Below are positions 35,790 through 44,916 of a stretch of DNA of 52,973 nucleotides, in pieces. Position numbers and translations under genes: made by a program. Source of the stretch: Candidatus Micrarchaeia archaeon (lineage in GTDB: Archaea > Micrarchaeota > Micrarchaeia > Micrarchaeales > Micrarchaeaceae); NCBI GenBank assembly GCA_049966495.1, contig JBMFUN010000001.1:1-52973 (forward strand). Reading direction: 5' to 3'. Within the stretch, counting starts at the first letter, position 1. Each line of letters begins with the position of its first letter. The notes beneath the pieces were generated by a model, which saw nothing but the letters and a program-made list of their open reading frames with translations, had not been told where the DNA came from and ran no database searches.

Positions 35790-35901
35790 TGCAGGGGGTG
35801 AGATTTGAACTCACGAAGGCGCTAGGCCACAGGATCTTAAGTCCTGCGCGATTTTCCGTGGCTTAGCTAATGCCAGCCAGACCAGACTCTGCCACCCCTG
35901 C
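35790..35901 (-). tRNA. tRNA-Leu (anticodon UAA) carrying a 29-nt insertion in the D-arm
   Basis: Hand-folded on the minus strand. Acceptor GCAGGGG/CCCCUGC, discriminator A. Anticodon arm CAGGA-CUUAAGA-UCCUG. Long variable arm. T-arm GUGAG-UUCAAAU-CUCAC. 48 nt lie between the acceptor and anticodon stems where about 19-21 are expected. Confidence 0.85.
35849..35877 (-). other. Putative non-canonical tRNA intron in the D-arm of tRNA-Leu
   Basis: Deleting GCUGGCAUUAGCUAAGCCACGGAAAAUCG gives a perfect 4-bp D-stem GCAG/CUGC with the D-loop AGUCUGGU and G26. The junction is ambiguous by 1 nt because a G is present on both sides. Confidence 0.6.
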
Positions 35902-36636
35902 TTAAGCATACATCGATGGTCCAGAAGCCTCCACAACCTTCTTATAGCTTCTATGGCTTTCGGAGTGCTTCTTTATGAGCTCTTGGATTTTTGCTTCTAC
36001 CTCTTCTGCCTCTTTCTTAAGCTCGCTTGTGTCTATGTTCAGGTCAAGAAGCTTGTTCAATGTGTCTATGGCGTTTTCTGCGTATTTTGGATCGATTATA
36101 TCCTGCTCCACGGGCACAAGTATGTTGATGTCTGGCAAGCTGTCTAGCTTTGCCTTCATTAAAAGCAGCGCGTTGACACCGCTTGCAACACCCTCTTCTA
36201 TAGGCTTCATGCCTGCTTTTTGAACCTCTGCACTGAGGGAATTCAATGAAGCAATTGCAAAGGAGTGCACGCCTCCTTCGCTTGATGGTATGCCACTTAT
36301 AGAGATGATCTCTTTTATCTTGTTTGCTGTCACGAAGCTGTATACTGCATTCGTTATGCTGCCGACAAGCTCCACAGGAAGAGCGAACTCGGCAAATATT
36401 GTGACAATCTTGAACTTCTCGCTGTAGTAAAGCCTCACAGGTGGCATAGGCTCACCTTTGTGTATTGACACTAGCGGAGGAAATTCTTCGCTCTCAATAT
36501 AGCCTATATAGGCCATGCCAAGCTTGTCTATTATATAGCTTATTGCCATCGGCCCTACCAGCCCTATTCCTGGAAAGCCTTCTATCATTATTGCGCCGCT
36601 TAGGTCTAATTTTTTCAGCATTTTTATGTTGATCAT
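35902..36636 (-). CDS. PAC2-family proteasome assembly chaperone / PbaA-PbaB-like protein with a C-terminal HbYX motif
   Basis: IMIEGFPGIGLVGPMAISYIID is typical of the PAC2 family. The protein ends in ...SMYA (hydrophobic-Tyr-X). The ATG at 36636 is preferred; a GTG at 36645 is possible. Confidence 0.7.
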   Translation of the reverse strand: MINIKMLKKLDLSGAIMIEGFPGIGLVGPMAISYIIDKLGMAYIGYIESEEFPPLVSIHKGEPMPPVRLYYSEKFKIVTIFAEFALPVELVGSITNAVYSFVTANKIKEIISISGIPSSEGGVHSFAIASLNSLSAEVQKAGMKPIEEGVASGVNALLLMKAKLDSLPDINILVPVEQDIIDPKYAENAIDTLNKLLDLNIDTSELKKEAEEVEAKIQELIKKHSESHRSYKKVVEASGPSMYA

Positions 36637-37041
36637 GCAAACCACATACTTATTCCATAAGCAAAATATTTAAATAGGAATTGCTCTGTTGAATAATTGA
36701 GTATATGGGTATTATACTCTTTTGTCTCCGCAAATTACAGTTATGCATTTACATTTTGCTGAGCGCATAACTCTCCAACATATCATATACCCAAAACTTT
36801 TGGATCGCTTCTGCAATCATCGATTCGTCTGTTTTTGAGTGCAGATTTTTCACCGAATTCTCTCTTCACGCATGAATTTCTCCTTCAACTGCGAGTCTGT
36901 CATTATATTTCCTTATCATTCTCCGCATTTCTCATACATTATGAAGAAGCAAAACTCTCAAAAGTTTTGTATTTACCTTGCTCTCGACGCTTCGACGATA
37001 GTTATTTAAATGTATTTATCGAGATATTATTGGTGAGATAA

Positions 37042-37266
37042 ATGGCTGAAAGAGTAGGAAGCGAAAGAATAGAGAGGGAAGACGGCTATCTTTATTATCT
37101 CGGAAAGGATGGCTACGTTTGGAAAACACCAATGAAGGCAAACGCACGCGGAAGAAAGGCGAGGATAGGAAAGGAAAAGATAGAGAGAGAAGAGGGCTAC
37201 TTGTACTACATAGATAAGAACGGCTATGTTGCAAGAGCGAAGATGAACAGGAGGGGAAGAAGGTAA
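37042..37266 (+). CDS. Small, very basic protein (74 aa) made of two internal repeats
   Basis: ERIEREDGYLYYLGKDGYVWKTPMK and EKIEREEGYLYYIDKNGYVARAKMN, joined by an R/K-rich linker and ending in RRGRR. Followed by a T-rich tract. Confidence 0.55.
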   Translation: MAERVGSERIEREDGYLYYLGKDGYVWKTPMKANARGRKARIGKEKIEREEGYLYYIDKNGYVARAKMNRRGRR

Positions 37267-37269
37267 ATC

Positions 37270-37298
37270 CTTTTCCTCTTTTCTTTTTCTTTCTTTTC
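37270..37298 (+). terminator. T-rich tract after the small repeat-protein gene
   Basis: cttttcctcttttctttttctttcttttc begins 4 nt after the stop codon. Confidence 0.3.
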
Positions 37299-37318
37299 AT
37301 CGAATATTTTTCGTATTA

Positions 37319-37723
37319 TCATTTCCTGCCAAAATTGATATTAGATCCTATCTTTATCCCTAGCTTTTTTATTGTGCCGCTTCTCATTTCTGCTATGAAT
37401 TTTGCGTTTTCCCTTGGCATATAAGTAATGCAGTCAAAAAGCGCACAGGGCTTAGCACCTTTTTTGTAATCTACAACAACCATCTCTTTGTTGATCCATA
37501 TTATGTCTATAGGAAAGAGCATATTGCGCATCCATATTCCATATCTACCCTCCCTGGGAAACACAAAAAGCATGCACTCCTTTTCTCCAAGGTTCTTTCT
37601 GAACATTAGGCCTAGCGCCCTTTTGGCCCAAGAATCAGCTATTATGGCATTAAGCGTATGATTGTTAATAGAGATCTTTGACTTCCTATATTTTTGGAAT
37701 TTGTAGAGCAGCCTAAGAAGCAA
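37319..37723 (-). CDS. DUF192-domain protein
   Basis: KRALGLMFRKNL...MLFVFPREGRYGIWMRNMLFPIDIIWINKEMVVV matches my memory of the DUF192 pattern (RGLM, FWMKNT, PLDIIF). TTG start 4 nt after the upstream stop. Confidence 0.65.
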   Translation of the reverse strand: MLLRLLYKFQKYRKSKISINNHTLNAIIADSWAKRALGLMFRKNLGEKECMLFVFPREGRYGIWMRNMLFPIDIIWINKEMVVVDYKKGAKPCALFDCITYMPRENAKFIAEMRSGTIKKLGIKIGSNINFGRK

Positions 37724-37727
37724 AGAA

Positions 37728-39356
37728 TCACTGCTTCTTTATGGTGAGAGAGATGCTCTGCTCACGCATGAACTGCTGCAGATAAAACTTGCTTCCCGTG
37801 CCCTTGCCAGTGAGGCCGCTTCCTTTCCATCCTACAAATGTGTGCAGGCCCACTATCGCTCCGGTTGTGGCGCTTATCGCCCTGTTGATATACATTACGC
37901 CAGCCTGCATCTTATCCATAAATTGCTTTATCTCCTTCCTGTTGTTGCTGTACAATCCGGCGGTAAGCCCATATTCTACATCATTCGCCATTCTGAGCGC
38001 TTCATCAAAGTCCTTGTAGCCTTCTATGGTCAATATTGGCACAAATAGCTCGTTGTGCACTAGATAGCTGCTATGCGGCACTTCCACAAGCACCGGCTCA
38101 ACATAGAATCCGTTCAAGCCAGTATTTACCCTATTGCCCCCATAAAGAATGCGGCCTTCCTGCTTCGCCCTCTCTATTGATTCCATGTACCTTTTATATG
38201 CGCTTTCGCTTATCAATGGACCCATATAAACTCCTTTTTCCAACGGATTGCCTATCTTGAAGCCCCTTATCTTCTCTATGAGCTTGCTTATGAAAAGCTC
38301 TTTTATCGATTCGTGCACATAAACACGAGAAAGCGCGCTGCATTTCTGGCCGTCATAGCCAAAAGCAGCACTTGCAACCCCTGTAACTGCGTCATCTATG
38401 TCTGCATGTTTAGACACTATTGTCGGGTTTTTTCCACCCATTTCTACAATGAACACCTTCTGCTTTCCTGCAGCAAAGTTCTTTGCGATCATGCCAAGAC
38501 CTGTGGCCCTTGAGCCAGTAAAAACAATTCCGGCAACATCCGCATTGCTAGCAAGCTCATCTCCAACTTCTGATCCAGGCCCTGTAAGGTAGTTGAAAAC
38601 ACCGTCTGGCAGGCCCGCTTGCTTGAAGAGCTCATAGATCTTGAGGCCCGTGAGCATGGACATGTTGTCTGTTGAACTTGGCTTGAACACCACAGTGTTG
38701 CCTGTTATCAGTGCACCTACGCTCATCCCTACAGATATCGAAACAGGAAAGTTGAAAGGTGCAATGACTCCGAAGACACCGTATGGCTTCATCGCTATCG
38801 TTACGCGCTCCTCGCTTGATGGCGCGCCCTGGAAGCCCGCATTTACCTTTGCGCTGCTTGCACCCATGAATGTTTTCCTTACATAGCCTTTGTTCATCTC
38901 GAGCTCGTTTGCATAATAGCGCATGAAATCTATCGCTTCATCTACCTCTCCCACAGATTCATATCTGGACTTGCCATTTTCGTAGCTCAATATTGCCGCA
39001 AGCTTAAACTTGTTTTGCGCGAATATGTCTGCAGCTTTCCTGAAAAGCGCCGCCCTCTCCTTGTAGCTTGTGCTGCTCCACTGCTCAAAAGCTTTCTTTG
39101 CCTCGATTATTGCCTGCTTTGCATGATCCCTTGTGCCTTTTTGAAAAATTCCTAGAATGCTTCCATCTATCGGGGATTTCTCTGTGAGCTTCTCACTTGC
39201 ATATACTGCTTTTCCTCCTATATATAGTGGGTATTCCTTGTTCAGCTCTCTTTTGACTTCCTCCACGGCGCTTTCGAAAAGCCTGTCAAACTCCTCCTCG
39301 CGGCCGCTTTCAAGAAACTTCTTGAAGGTGAATTCATTTTCGAATTTTGCTCTCAT
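37728..39356 (-). CDS. Aldehyde dehydrogenase family, most likely 1-pyrroline-5-carboxylate (glutamate semialdehyde) dehydrogenase
   Basis: ALDH motifs FTGSRATG, EMGGKNP and GQKCSALSR (catalytic Cys). Size (542 aa) and N-terminus resemble monofunctional P5CDH. A proline dehydrogenase is present in the same window. Confidence 0.75.
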   Translation of the reverse strand: MRAKFENEFTFKKFLESGREEEFDRLFESAVEEVKRELNKEYPLYIGGKAVYASEKLTEKSPIDGSILGIFQKGTRDHAKQAIIEAKKAFEQWSSTSYKERAALFRKAADIFAQNKFKLAAILSYENGKSRYESVGEVDEAIDFMRYYANELEMNKGYVRKTFMGASSAKVNAGFQGAPSSEERVTIAMKPYGVFGVIAPFNFPVSISVGMSVGALITGNTVVFKPSSTDNMSMLTGLKIYELFKQAGLPDGVFNYLTGPGSEVGDELASNADVAGIVFTGSRATGLGMIAKNFAAGKQKVFIVEMGGKNPTIVSKHADIDDAVTGVASAAFGYDGQKCSALSRVYVHESIKELFISKLIEKIRGFKIGNPLEKGVYMGPLISESAYKRYMESIERAKQEGRILYGGNRVNTGLNGFYVEPVLVEVPHSSYLVHNELFVPILTIEGYKDFDEALRMANDVEYGLTAGLYSNNRKEIKQFMDKMQAGVMYINRAISATTGAIVGLHTFVGWKGSGLTGKGTGSKFYLQQFMREQSISLTIKKQ

Positions 39357-39520
39357 TTTACCACCATAATAAACAATAAGAATCCCTATATGACAATTAT
39401 AAGTTTTATGCTGAACTTTAAATATTTATCTAAATTCTTTGCACATCTTGAAAAAGCATAAAAACATGTATTTGCATCTAATGCATTGCGGAAAGCACGA
39501 ATTTGCTCATTGGAGATATT

Positions 39521-40153
39521 ATGGACTGGAAATTGAAGCATAAGCTCATAGAGATTGCAAAGAAGAACATTAAAAACGATCCATCGCACGATTTCAACCA
39601 CGCGATGAGGGTGCTCAAAAATGCAGAGATGCTCGGCAGGATTTACCATGCTGACATGGATGTGCTTATTCCTGCTGCGCTATTCCACGATCTAATAGTA
39701 TACGACAAAGGGAGCGAGAAATCCAAATACGAGCATGAAGAGAGCGCGAGGATGGCACTTCGCATTCTGAGAAAGTTGCATTACAACCCAGAAAAGCTCG
39801 ATAAGATAAAATACGCAATAGAAGTCTGCTCATATAGCAAAGGCATAAAACCCACCACATTGGAGGCGAAGATACTCCAAGATGCAGACAGGATAGAAAC
39901 AGGCGCAATTGGCATAATGAGGACATTCAGCTCCAGCGGAAGCATGGGCAGGCAGCTTTATGAGCTCAGTGATCCCTTCCTGAAAAGAAGAAAAGGCGAT
40001 TCAAAAATCTCTGGCTTGGATCATCTTATATTAAAGGTGGCAAACATCCACAGCGCCATGAACACTAAAGCGGCAATAAAGATAGCAAGAAGAAGAGAGA
40101 AATTTGTAAAAGAATTCATAAAAGAGCTGGAGTTGGAGTTTAAGGGCAAGTAG
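39521..40153 (+). CDS. HD-domain metal-dependent phosphohydrolase
   Basis: HDFNHAMRV, AALFHDL, LQDADRIE. The ATG at 39521 is preferred over the TTG at 39503. Confidence 0.8.
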   Translation: MDWKLKHKLIEIAKKNIKNDPSHDFNHAMRVLKNAEMLGRIYHADMDVLIPAALFHDLIVYDKGSEKSKYEHEESARMALRILRKLHYNPEKLDKIKYAIEVCSYSKGIKPTTLEAKILQDADRIETGAIGIMRTFSSSGSMGRQLYELSDPFLKRRKGDSKISGLDHLILKVANIHSAMNTKAAIKIARRREKFVKEFIKELELEFKGK

Positions 40154-40271
40154 CGGCAACTAACCTTAAGCATATTTTGTATTGCATAACAAAATTTTTT
40201 TCGAATTCTTAATAATGTTTATTTCTTTTATTTATATGAAACTTTTTAATGCTATTGCAGGAAACAGTACT

Positions 40272-41666
40272 ATGGAGATCGACGAAGGTAATTACAAGGA
40301 GAAATTCGGATGGCAGGACAGAATAGAGTATACATTCAAGACGAGGAAGGGTATTGATGAAGAGATAGTAAAGGAGATTTCAAGGGCAAAAAATGAGCCG
40401 GAATGGATGCTTGAAAAGAGGCTCATCGCTCTGAAGATATTCAACTCGAAGCCAAACCCAAAATGGGGCGTAGATTTGAGCAATATAGATTACAACAGCA
40501 TAATCTACTATGCAAAACCCACTGAGAAGAAGAGCAGCAAATGGGAGGACTTACCAGAAGAGATAAGAGACACATTTGACAAGCTTGGCATACCAGAGGC
40601 GGAGCGCTCCTTTTTCCTAGGCACCGAAGCGCAGTACGATTCGGAGGTTGTTTATTCGCATGTCAAAGAGATGCTTGAAAAGCAAGGCGCTGTATTCATA
40701 AGCACTGACGACGCTGTAAAGAAATATCCTGATATTGTAAAGAAATATTTTGGCAGTGTTGTGCCACCAACAGACAACAAGTTTGCTGCCTTAAACACAG
40801 CAGTATGGAGTGGTGGATCTTTTGTATACGTGCCCAAGGGGGTGAAGCTTTCTGTGCCTTTGCAAGCATACTTCAGGATAAACGCTGAAGGCATAGGGCA
40901 GTTTGAAAGAACCCTTATTGTGGCCGACGAAGGCTCTGAGGTAACATACGAAGAAGGCTGCACAGCGCCTATATACTCCAGTGCATCGCTCCATGCCGGA
41001 GTTGTTGAGATTGTTGCGCTGAAAGGCGCACATGTTAGGTATATCACAGTGCAAAACTGGTCAAAGAACATATATAACATGGTGACACAAAGGGCGCACG
41101 CATATGAGAATGCATATGTGGAATGGATTGGCGCAGACATAGGGAGCAAGGCGAACATGATATATCCTTGCGTAATGCTTAAAGGGAGAAATGCAAAAGG
41201 CAAGATTATTTCGGTCTCGCTTGCAGGAAAGGACCAGGTAAAGGACACTGGAGGGAAGGTATACCATCTTGCTCCAAACACTTCTTCGCAGATTGTTTCT
41301 AAAAGCGTTTCATCTTCGAATGGAGCTACTACATACAGAGGATTGCTCCATATTGCCGAAGGCGCGGAGAATGCAATCGCAACAATGCGCTGCGATTCGC
41401 TGCTTGTAGGCAATGAATCAAAAACAAGCACTTATCCATACATAAAGATAAGCGATGAGAGCGCCTCTGTGACACATGAGGCGACAACAGGAAAGATCGG
41501 AGACGACCAGCTTTTCTATCTCATGAGCAGGGGCATGAGCGAAGAGGATGCAACAGCCATGATCGTGCTTGGATTTATAGACCCACTGGCAAAGGAGCTT
41601 CCTTTTGAATACTCCATAGAGCTTAAAAGGCTTGTAGAGATTGACCTGTCGCACGCGGTTGGTTAG
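40272..41666 (+). CDS. sufB: Fe-S cluster assembly protein SufB
   Basis: KGIDEEIVKEISRAKNEPEWMLEKRL, GGSFVYVPKGV, and long beta-helix repeats. The start is moved to Met31 of the track ORF (MEIDEGNYK...). Confidence 0.93.
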   Translation: MEIDEGNYKEKFGWQDRIEYTFKTRKGIDEEIVKEISRAKNEPEWMLEKRLIALKIFNSKPNPKWGVDLSNIDYNSIIYYAKPTEKKSSKWEDLPEEIRDTFDKLGIPEAERSFFLGTEAQYDSEVVYSHVKEMLEKQGAVFISTDDAVKKYPDIVKKYFGSVVPPTDNKFAALNTAVWSGGSFVYVPKGVKLSVPLQAYFRINAEGIGQFERTLIVADEGSEVTYEEGCTAPIYSSASLHAGVVEIVALKGAHVRYITVQNWSKNIYNMVTQRAHAYENAYVEWIGADIGSKANMIYPCVMLKGRNAKGKIISVSLAGKDQVKDTGGKVYHLAPNTSSQIVSKSVSSSNGATTYRGLLHIAEGAENAIATMRCDSLLVGNESKTSTYPYIKISDESASVTHEATTGKIGDDQLFYLMSRGMSEEDATAMIVLGFIDPLAKELPFEYSIELKRLVEIDLSHAVG

Positions 41667-42911
41667 ATGGATTTATATTCTAAAATTGCAGACGAAGCAC
41701 TCCAAAAGTACAGGATTTTGGAAGAGGAGAGCAAAGATATTTTAGAGCTCCATAAAAGGAACTATATACCAATACCAGGGGATTTTGACAATATAGAGGA
41801 ACATGAGCATATAGACGAGCATACCCTTGTGAAGGGGCTTGAGGAAAACGGACTGCGCTTCTCTGCTATAGTGGGAAACGACATTTCAAAAGAGAGCAAA
41901 AACATAAAGATAAGAAAACCAGAAGATTTGGGTGAAAAGGAGCTTGCTGCACTTGGATTGGAAGATATAGAAAGCATAGAGGACAAATACCTTGCATATG
42001 TGGTTTCAAAGCTGGACAAGATCGTACTTGTAGATGCACATGAAGATGCGCAGGAAAGCATGCTTATAATGGGAAGCAGGCTCAATGTTGCCATATTGGC
42101 AAACACGGGAAAAAAGGTAAGTCTTAGGATTTCCGGGCTGGTGATGACAACAAGCAAAAGGGCTGAGATTGGCATATATTCAAATATGCATGCAGAGGAG
42201 CATTCTGACTTGGGCATTGATATTGTGCATAATGAGGGCGCAGGCGCCAATGTGCTGAGCTTTTCAAAAGGATCTGCCGAATTAGGTGCCAGCATTTCGT
42301 TCAACAGCGCGTACTTTGGCGGCGACATTACAAGATCAAGGAACAGGATATCTGCAACTGCCCCAACAAGTTCCGTAAGCTTGAATGATGTAACGATTGC
42401 CACTAACAAACAAAAAGTAGACATTCTCAACTTTATCGCAAACATGGCTGGAAAAACGAAAAGCGAGTCACATTCCAGGGTTATAGCTTTTGACAGATCA
42501 ATGTGCATAGTAAAGGGATTTGCCAAGATAGGCAAAGGCAGCTCTGAATCTTCATCTTATATAGAGCAAAAGGGCATTTCAGTAGGGAAGGGCGCGCAGG
42601 TACAGGCGCTGCCTGAGATGGCAATAGAGGAGAGCAATGTGAAGGCAAAGCACTCTGCATCTGTGGTGCCAATAAACGATGATGTGTTGTTTTACATAAC
42701 AAGCAGGGGTGTGCCCTACGAATCTTCAAGAAGGCTTCTGCTCATTTCCTTTGCTTCACAATTGATAAACAAGTTTGGAAGCGATTTTGCAAAGATAATT
42801 GCCTATTCTATTTTGCAGAAGAAGATTATGGGCGATATAGAACCAATGCCAAGCGCCGGCATAGAGTTCAACAGCGTTTTGAAAAGCACAAATGGGCTGG
42901 TGATGGAATGA
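41667..42911 (+). CDS. sufD: Fe-S cluster assembly protein SufD
   Basis: SufB/D-family beta-helix region with a C-terminal FYITSRGV... segment. Starts at the nucleotide after the sufB stop. Confidence 0.8.
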   Translation: MDLYSKIADEALQKYRILEEESKDILELHKRNYIPIPGDFDNIEEHEHIDEHTLVKGLEENGLRFSAIVGNDISKESKNIKIRKPEDLGEKELAALGLEDIESIEDKYLAYVVSKLDKIVLVDAHEDAQESMLIMGSRLNVAILANTGKKVSLRISGLVMTTSKRAEIGIYSNMHAEEHSDLGIDIVHNEGAGANVLSFSKGSAELGASISFNSAYFGGDITRSRNRISATAPTSSVSLNDVTIATNKQKVDILNFIANMAGKTKSESHSRVIAFDRSMCIVKGFAKIGKGSSESSSYIEQKGISVGKGAQVQALPEMAIEESNVKAKHSASVVPINDDVLFYITSRGVPYESSRRLLLISFASQLINKFGSDFAKIIAYSILQKKIMGDIEPMPSAGIEFNSVLKSTNGLVME

Positions 42912-43669
42912 GCGGAATGATATTAGAAATAAACAACCTTTATGTCGAAACCGAGGGCAAGGAGATAATAAAAGGGGTGAACCTCACAGTAAAAAGTGGC
43001 GAGATACATGTGCTCATGGGTCCGAATGGCTCTGGCAAAACAACACTAGCCAATGCCATATTCGGTCACCCAAAATACAGGATTACCTCTGGGGATGTAT
43101 TAGTCAACGGCAGGAGCATACTGCAGATGAAGACATATGAAAGGGCGAAGCTTGGGCTTTTCATGCAGTTCCAGAATCCTGTGGAGATAGAGGGCGTAAA
43201 CTTCATACACTTCCTCAGGACAGCAAAAGAGAGTATGGAAGGCAGGAATATAGATTTCAAGGACTTCATGAATTGCATAAAAAAATACATGAAACTTCTC
43301 AACATGAGCGATGAATTCATAAACAGGCCCCTCAACATGGGCTTCTCCGGCGGGGAGAAGAAAAAATCGGAGATATTGCAGCTTCTTCTGCTAAAGCCCA
43401 AGATAGCTCTGCTTGACGAGCCTGATTCCGGCCTTGATGTAGATGCTCTTAAGAATGTGGCCATGGCGGTCAGCCAGGCGGTGAAAGAGAACAATACAGG
43501 CTTATTGCTCATCACACACTATAGCAGGATTGTCTCGCACATTGAGCCTGACTTCGTGCATGTAATGATGGGTGGTAAAATAGTGGAGAATGGAGGGCCT
43601 GAGCTTGTTAAAAAAGTGGAGGAGAAGGGCTATGAAGCATTCAACGACATTGAGGGCGAGCAAAAATGA
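42908..43669 (+). CDS. sufC: Fe-S cluster assembly ATPase SufC
   Basis: Walker A GPNGSGKTTL, FSGGEKKK signature, LDEPDSGLD Walker B, ITHY. Confidence 0.93.
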   Translation: MSGMILEINNLYVETEGKEIIKGVNLTVKSGEIHVLMGPNGSGKTTLANAIFGHPKYRITSGDVLVNGRSILQMKTYERAKLGLFMQFQNPVEIEGVNFIHFLRTAKESMEGRNIDFKDFMNCIKKYMKLLNMSDEFINRPLNMGFSGGEKKKSEILQLLLLKPKIALLDEPDSGLDVDALKNVAMAVSQAVKENNTGLLLITHYSRIVSHIEPDFVHVMMGGKIVENGGPELVKKVEEKGYEAFNDIEGEQK

Positions 43670-44916
43670 AAACTAGATATGATGTTGAAAAGATAAGAAG
43701 GAATTTTCCCATATTAAGTATAAGGATGAATGGCAAGCAGCTCGCATATTTGGACAATGCAGCAACATCTCAAAAGCCCCTGTGCGTGATAGACAAATTG
43801 TACGAATACTATACAAAATATAATGCAAATATCCACAGAGGCGTATACAAGATAGCGGAGAAGGCCACGGAAGAATATATAGCTTCGAAGGCGAAGGTCG
43901 CGAAGTTCATAAATGCCAATGGCATAGAAGAGATTATTTACACAAGGAACACAACGGAATCAATAAACCTCGTGGCGCTTGCGTGGGGAAATGAAAACAT
44001 AGGCAAGGGAGACCATATATTGATAAGCGAGATGGAGCACCATAGCAACCTCGTGCCGTGGCTTCTTTTAGCAAAGAGGAAAGGTGCGTTTCTTGACTAT
44101 GTCAAGATGGACAGCGAAAAGAGAGAGCTTGACATGGAGAGCCTTAGCGAAGAGCTCGAAAAAAGACCCAAGCTTGTTGCAATAACCCACGTTTCTAATG
44201 TGCTGGGAACAATCAACAATGTAAAGGATATCTCAAGAAAATCTCATAAAGCAGGGGCTCTTGTGCTAATAGATGGGGCGCAATCTGTCCCACATATGCA
44301 TGTAGACGTGAAGGATATGGATGCAGACTTCCTTGCTTTTTCAGCGCATAAGATGCTTGGGCCAACAGGAATAGGTGTGCTCTATGCAAAAAGGAGCATA
44401 CTAGAAAAAATGGAGCCGGTTATAGGCGGCGGGGACATGATAAGCACTGTAGGATACTATTCTTGCACATGGAATGAGCTGCCGTGGAAGTTCGAGGCAG
44501 GCACCTCAAATATTGCAGATGCCATAGCTTTCGGCTCTGCTATAGACTACTTGGACAAAATAGGTGTTGAAAAAATACACCAGCATGAAGAGGAACTGAC
44601 AGAATATGCGCTGGAAGAGCTTGGGAAAGTAAAGAACGTGAAGGTTTTCGGGCTTGGAGCAGATGCAATAAAAAGGCGCGCTGGAGTAATATCATTCTCA
44701 GTTAAAGGCATACACGCGCATGACATAGCGCAGATATTTGACAGTGAAGGAATAGCTATAAGATCAGGCCATCACTGCGCCATGCCTTTGGTCACAGAAG
44801 AGCTGGGAGAAAGCGCAGTTTCCAGGATGAGCTTCTATCTCTACAACAAGGAAGAAGAGATAGATCGTGCAATCAACGCTATTAAAAAGGCAAAGGCATT
44901 GTTTGGGGTGGAATGA
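43666..44916 (+). CDS. sufS: Cysteine desulfurase, SufS type (class II aminotransferase V)
   Basis: AATSQKP, HHSN, PLP-Lys motif SAHKMLGPTGIGVLY, and the active-site loop RSGHHCA. Confidence 0.9.
   Translation: MKTRYDVEKIRRNFPILSIRMNGKQLAYLDNAATSQKPLCVIDKLYEYYTKYNANIHRGVYKIAEKATEEYIASKAKVAKFINANGIEEIIYTRNTTESINLVALAWGNENIGKGDHILISEMEHHSNLVPWLLLAKRKGAFLDYVKMDSEKRELDMESLSEELEKRPKLVAITHVSNVLGTINNVKDISRKSHKAGALVLIDGAQSVPHMHVDVKDMDADFLAFSAHKMLGPTGIGVLYAKRSILEKMEPVIGGGDMISTVGYYSCTWNELPWKFEAGTSNIADAIAFGSAIDYLDKIGVEKIHQHEEELTEYALEELGKVKNVKVFGLGADAIKRRAGVISFSVKGIHAHDIAQIFDSEGIAIRSGHHCAMPLVTEELGESAVSRMSFYLYNKEEEIDRAINAIKKAKALFGVE

Noticed and set aside
36835-37041. 68-aa plus-strand ORF in the long non-coding gap
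   Set aside because: It has no recognisable motif and an odd composition, and it ends exactly at the next gene's start. It was kept only as part of the unexplained non-coding region finding.
37016-37300. 94-aa minus-strand ORF (MKRKKKKRGKGF...) antisense to the small repeat-protein gene
   Set aside because: The plus-strand frame shows a clean internal protein repeat with conservative substitutions and a downstream T-tract. The minus frame is low-complexity (S/F/L/P) and would read into that T-tract region.
40652-42535. Two long antisense ORFs (40652..41431 and 41762..42535, about 258 aa each) inside sufB and sufD
   Set aside because: The sense frames carry strong SufB/SufD signatures. The antisense products are Ser/Phe/Ala-rich with no motifs, which is typical of frame-shadow ORFs in genes with biased codon usage.
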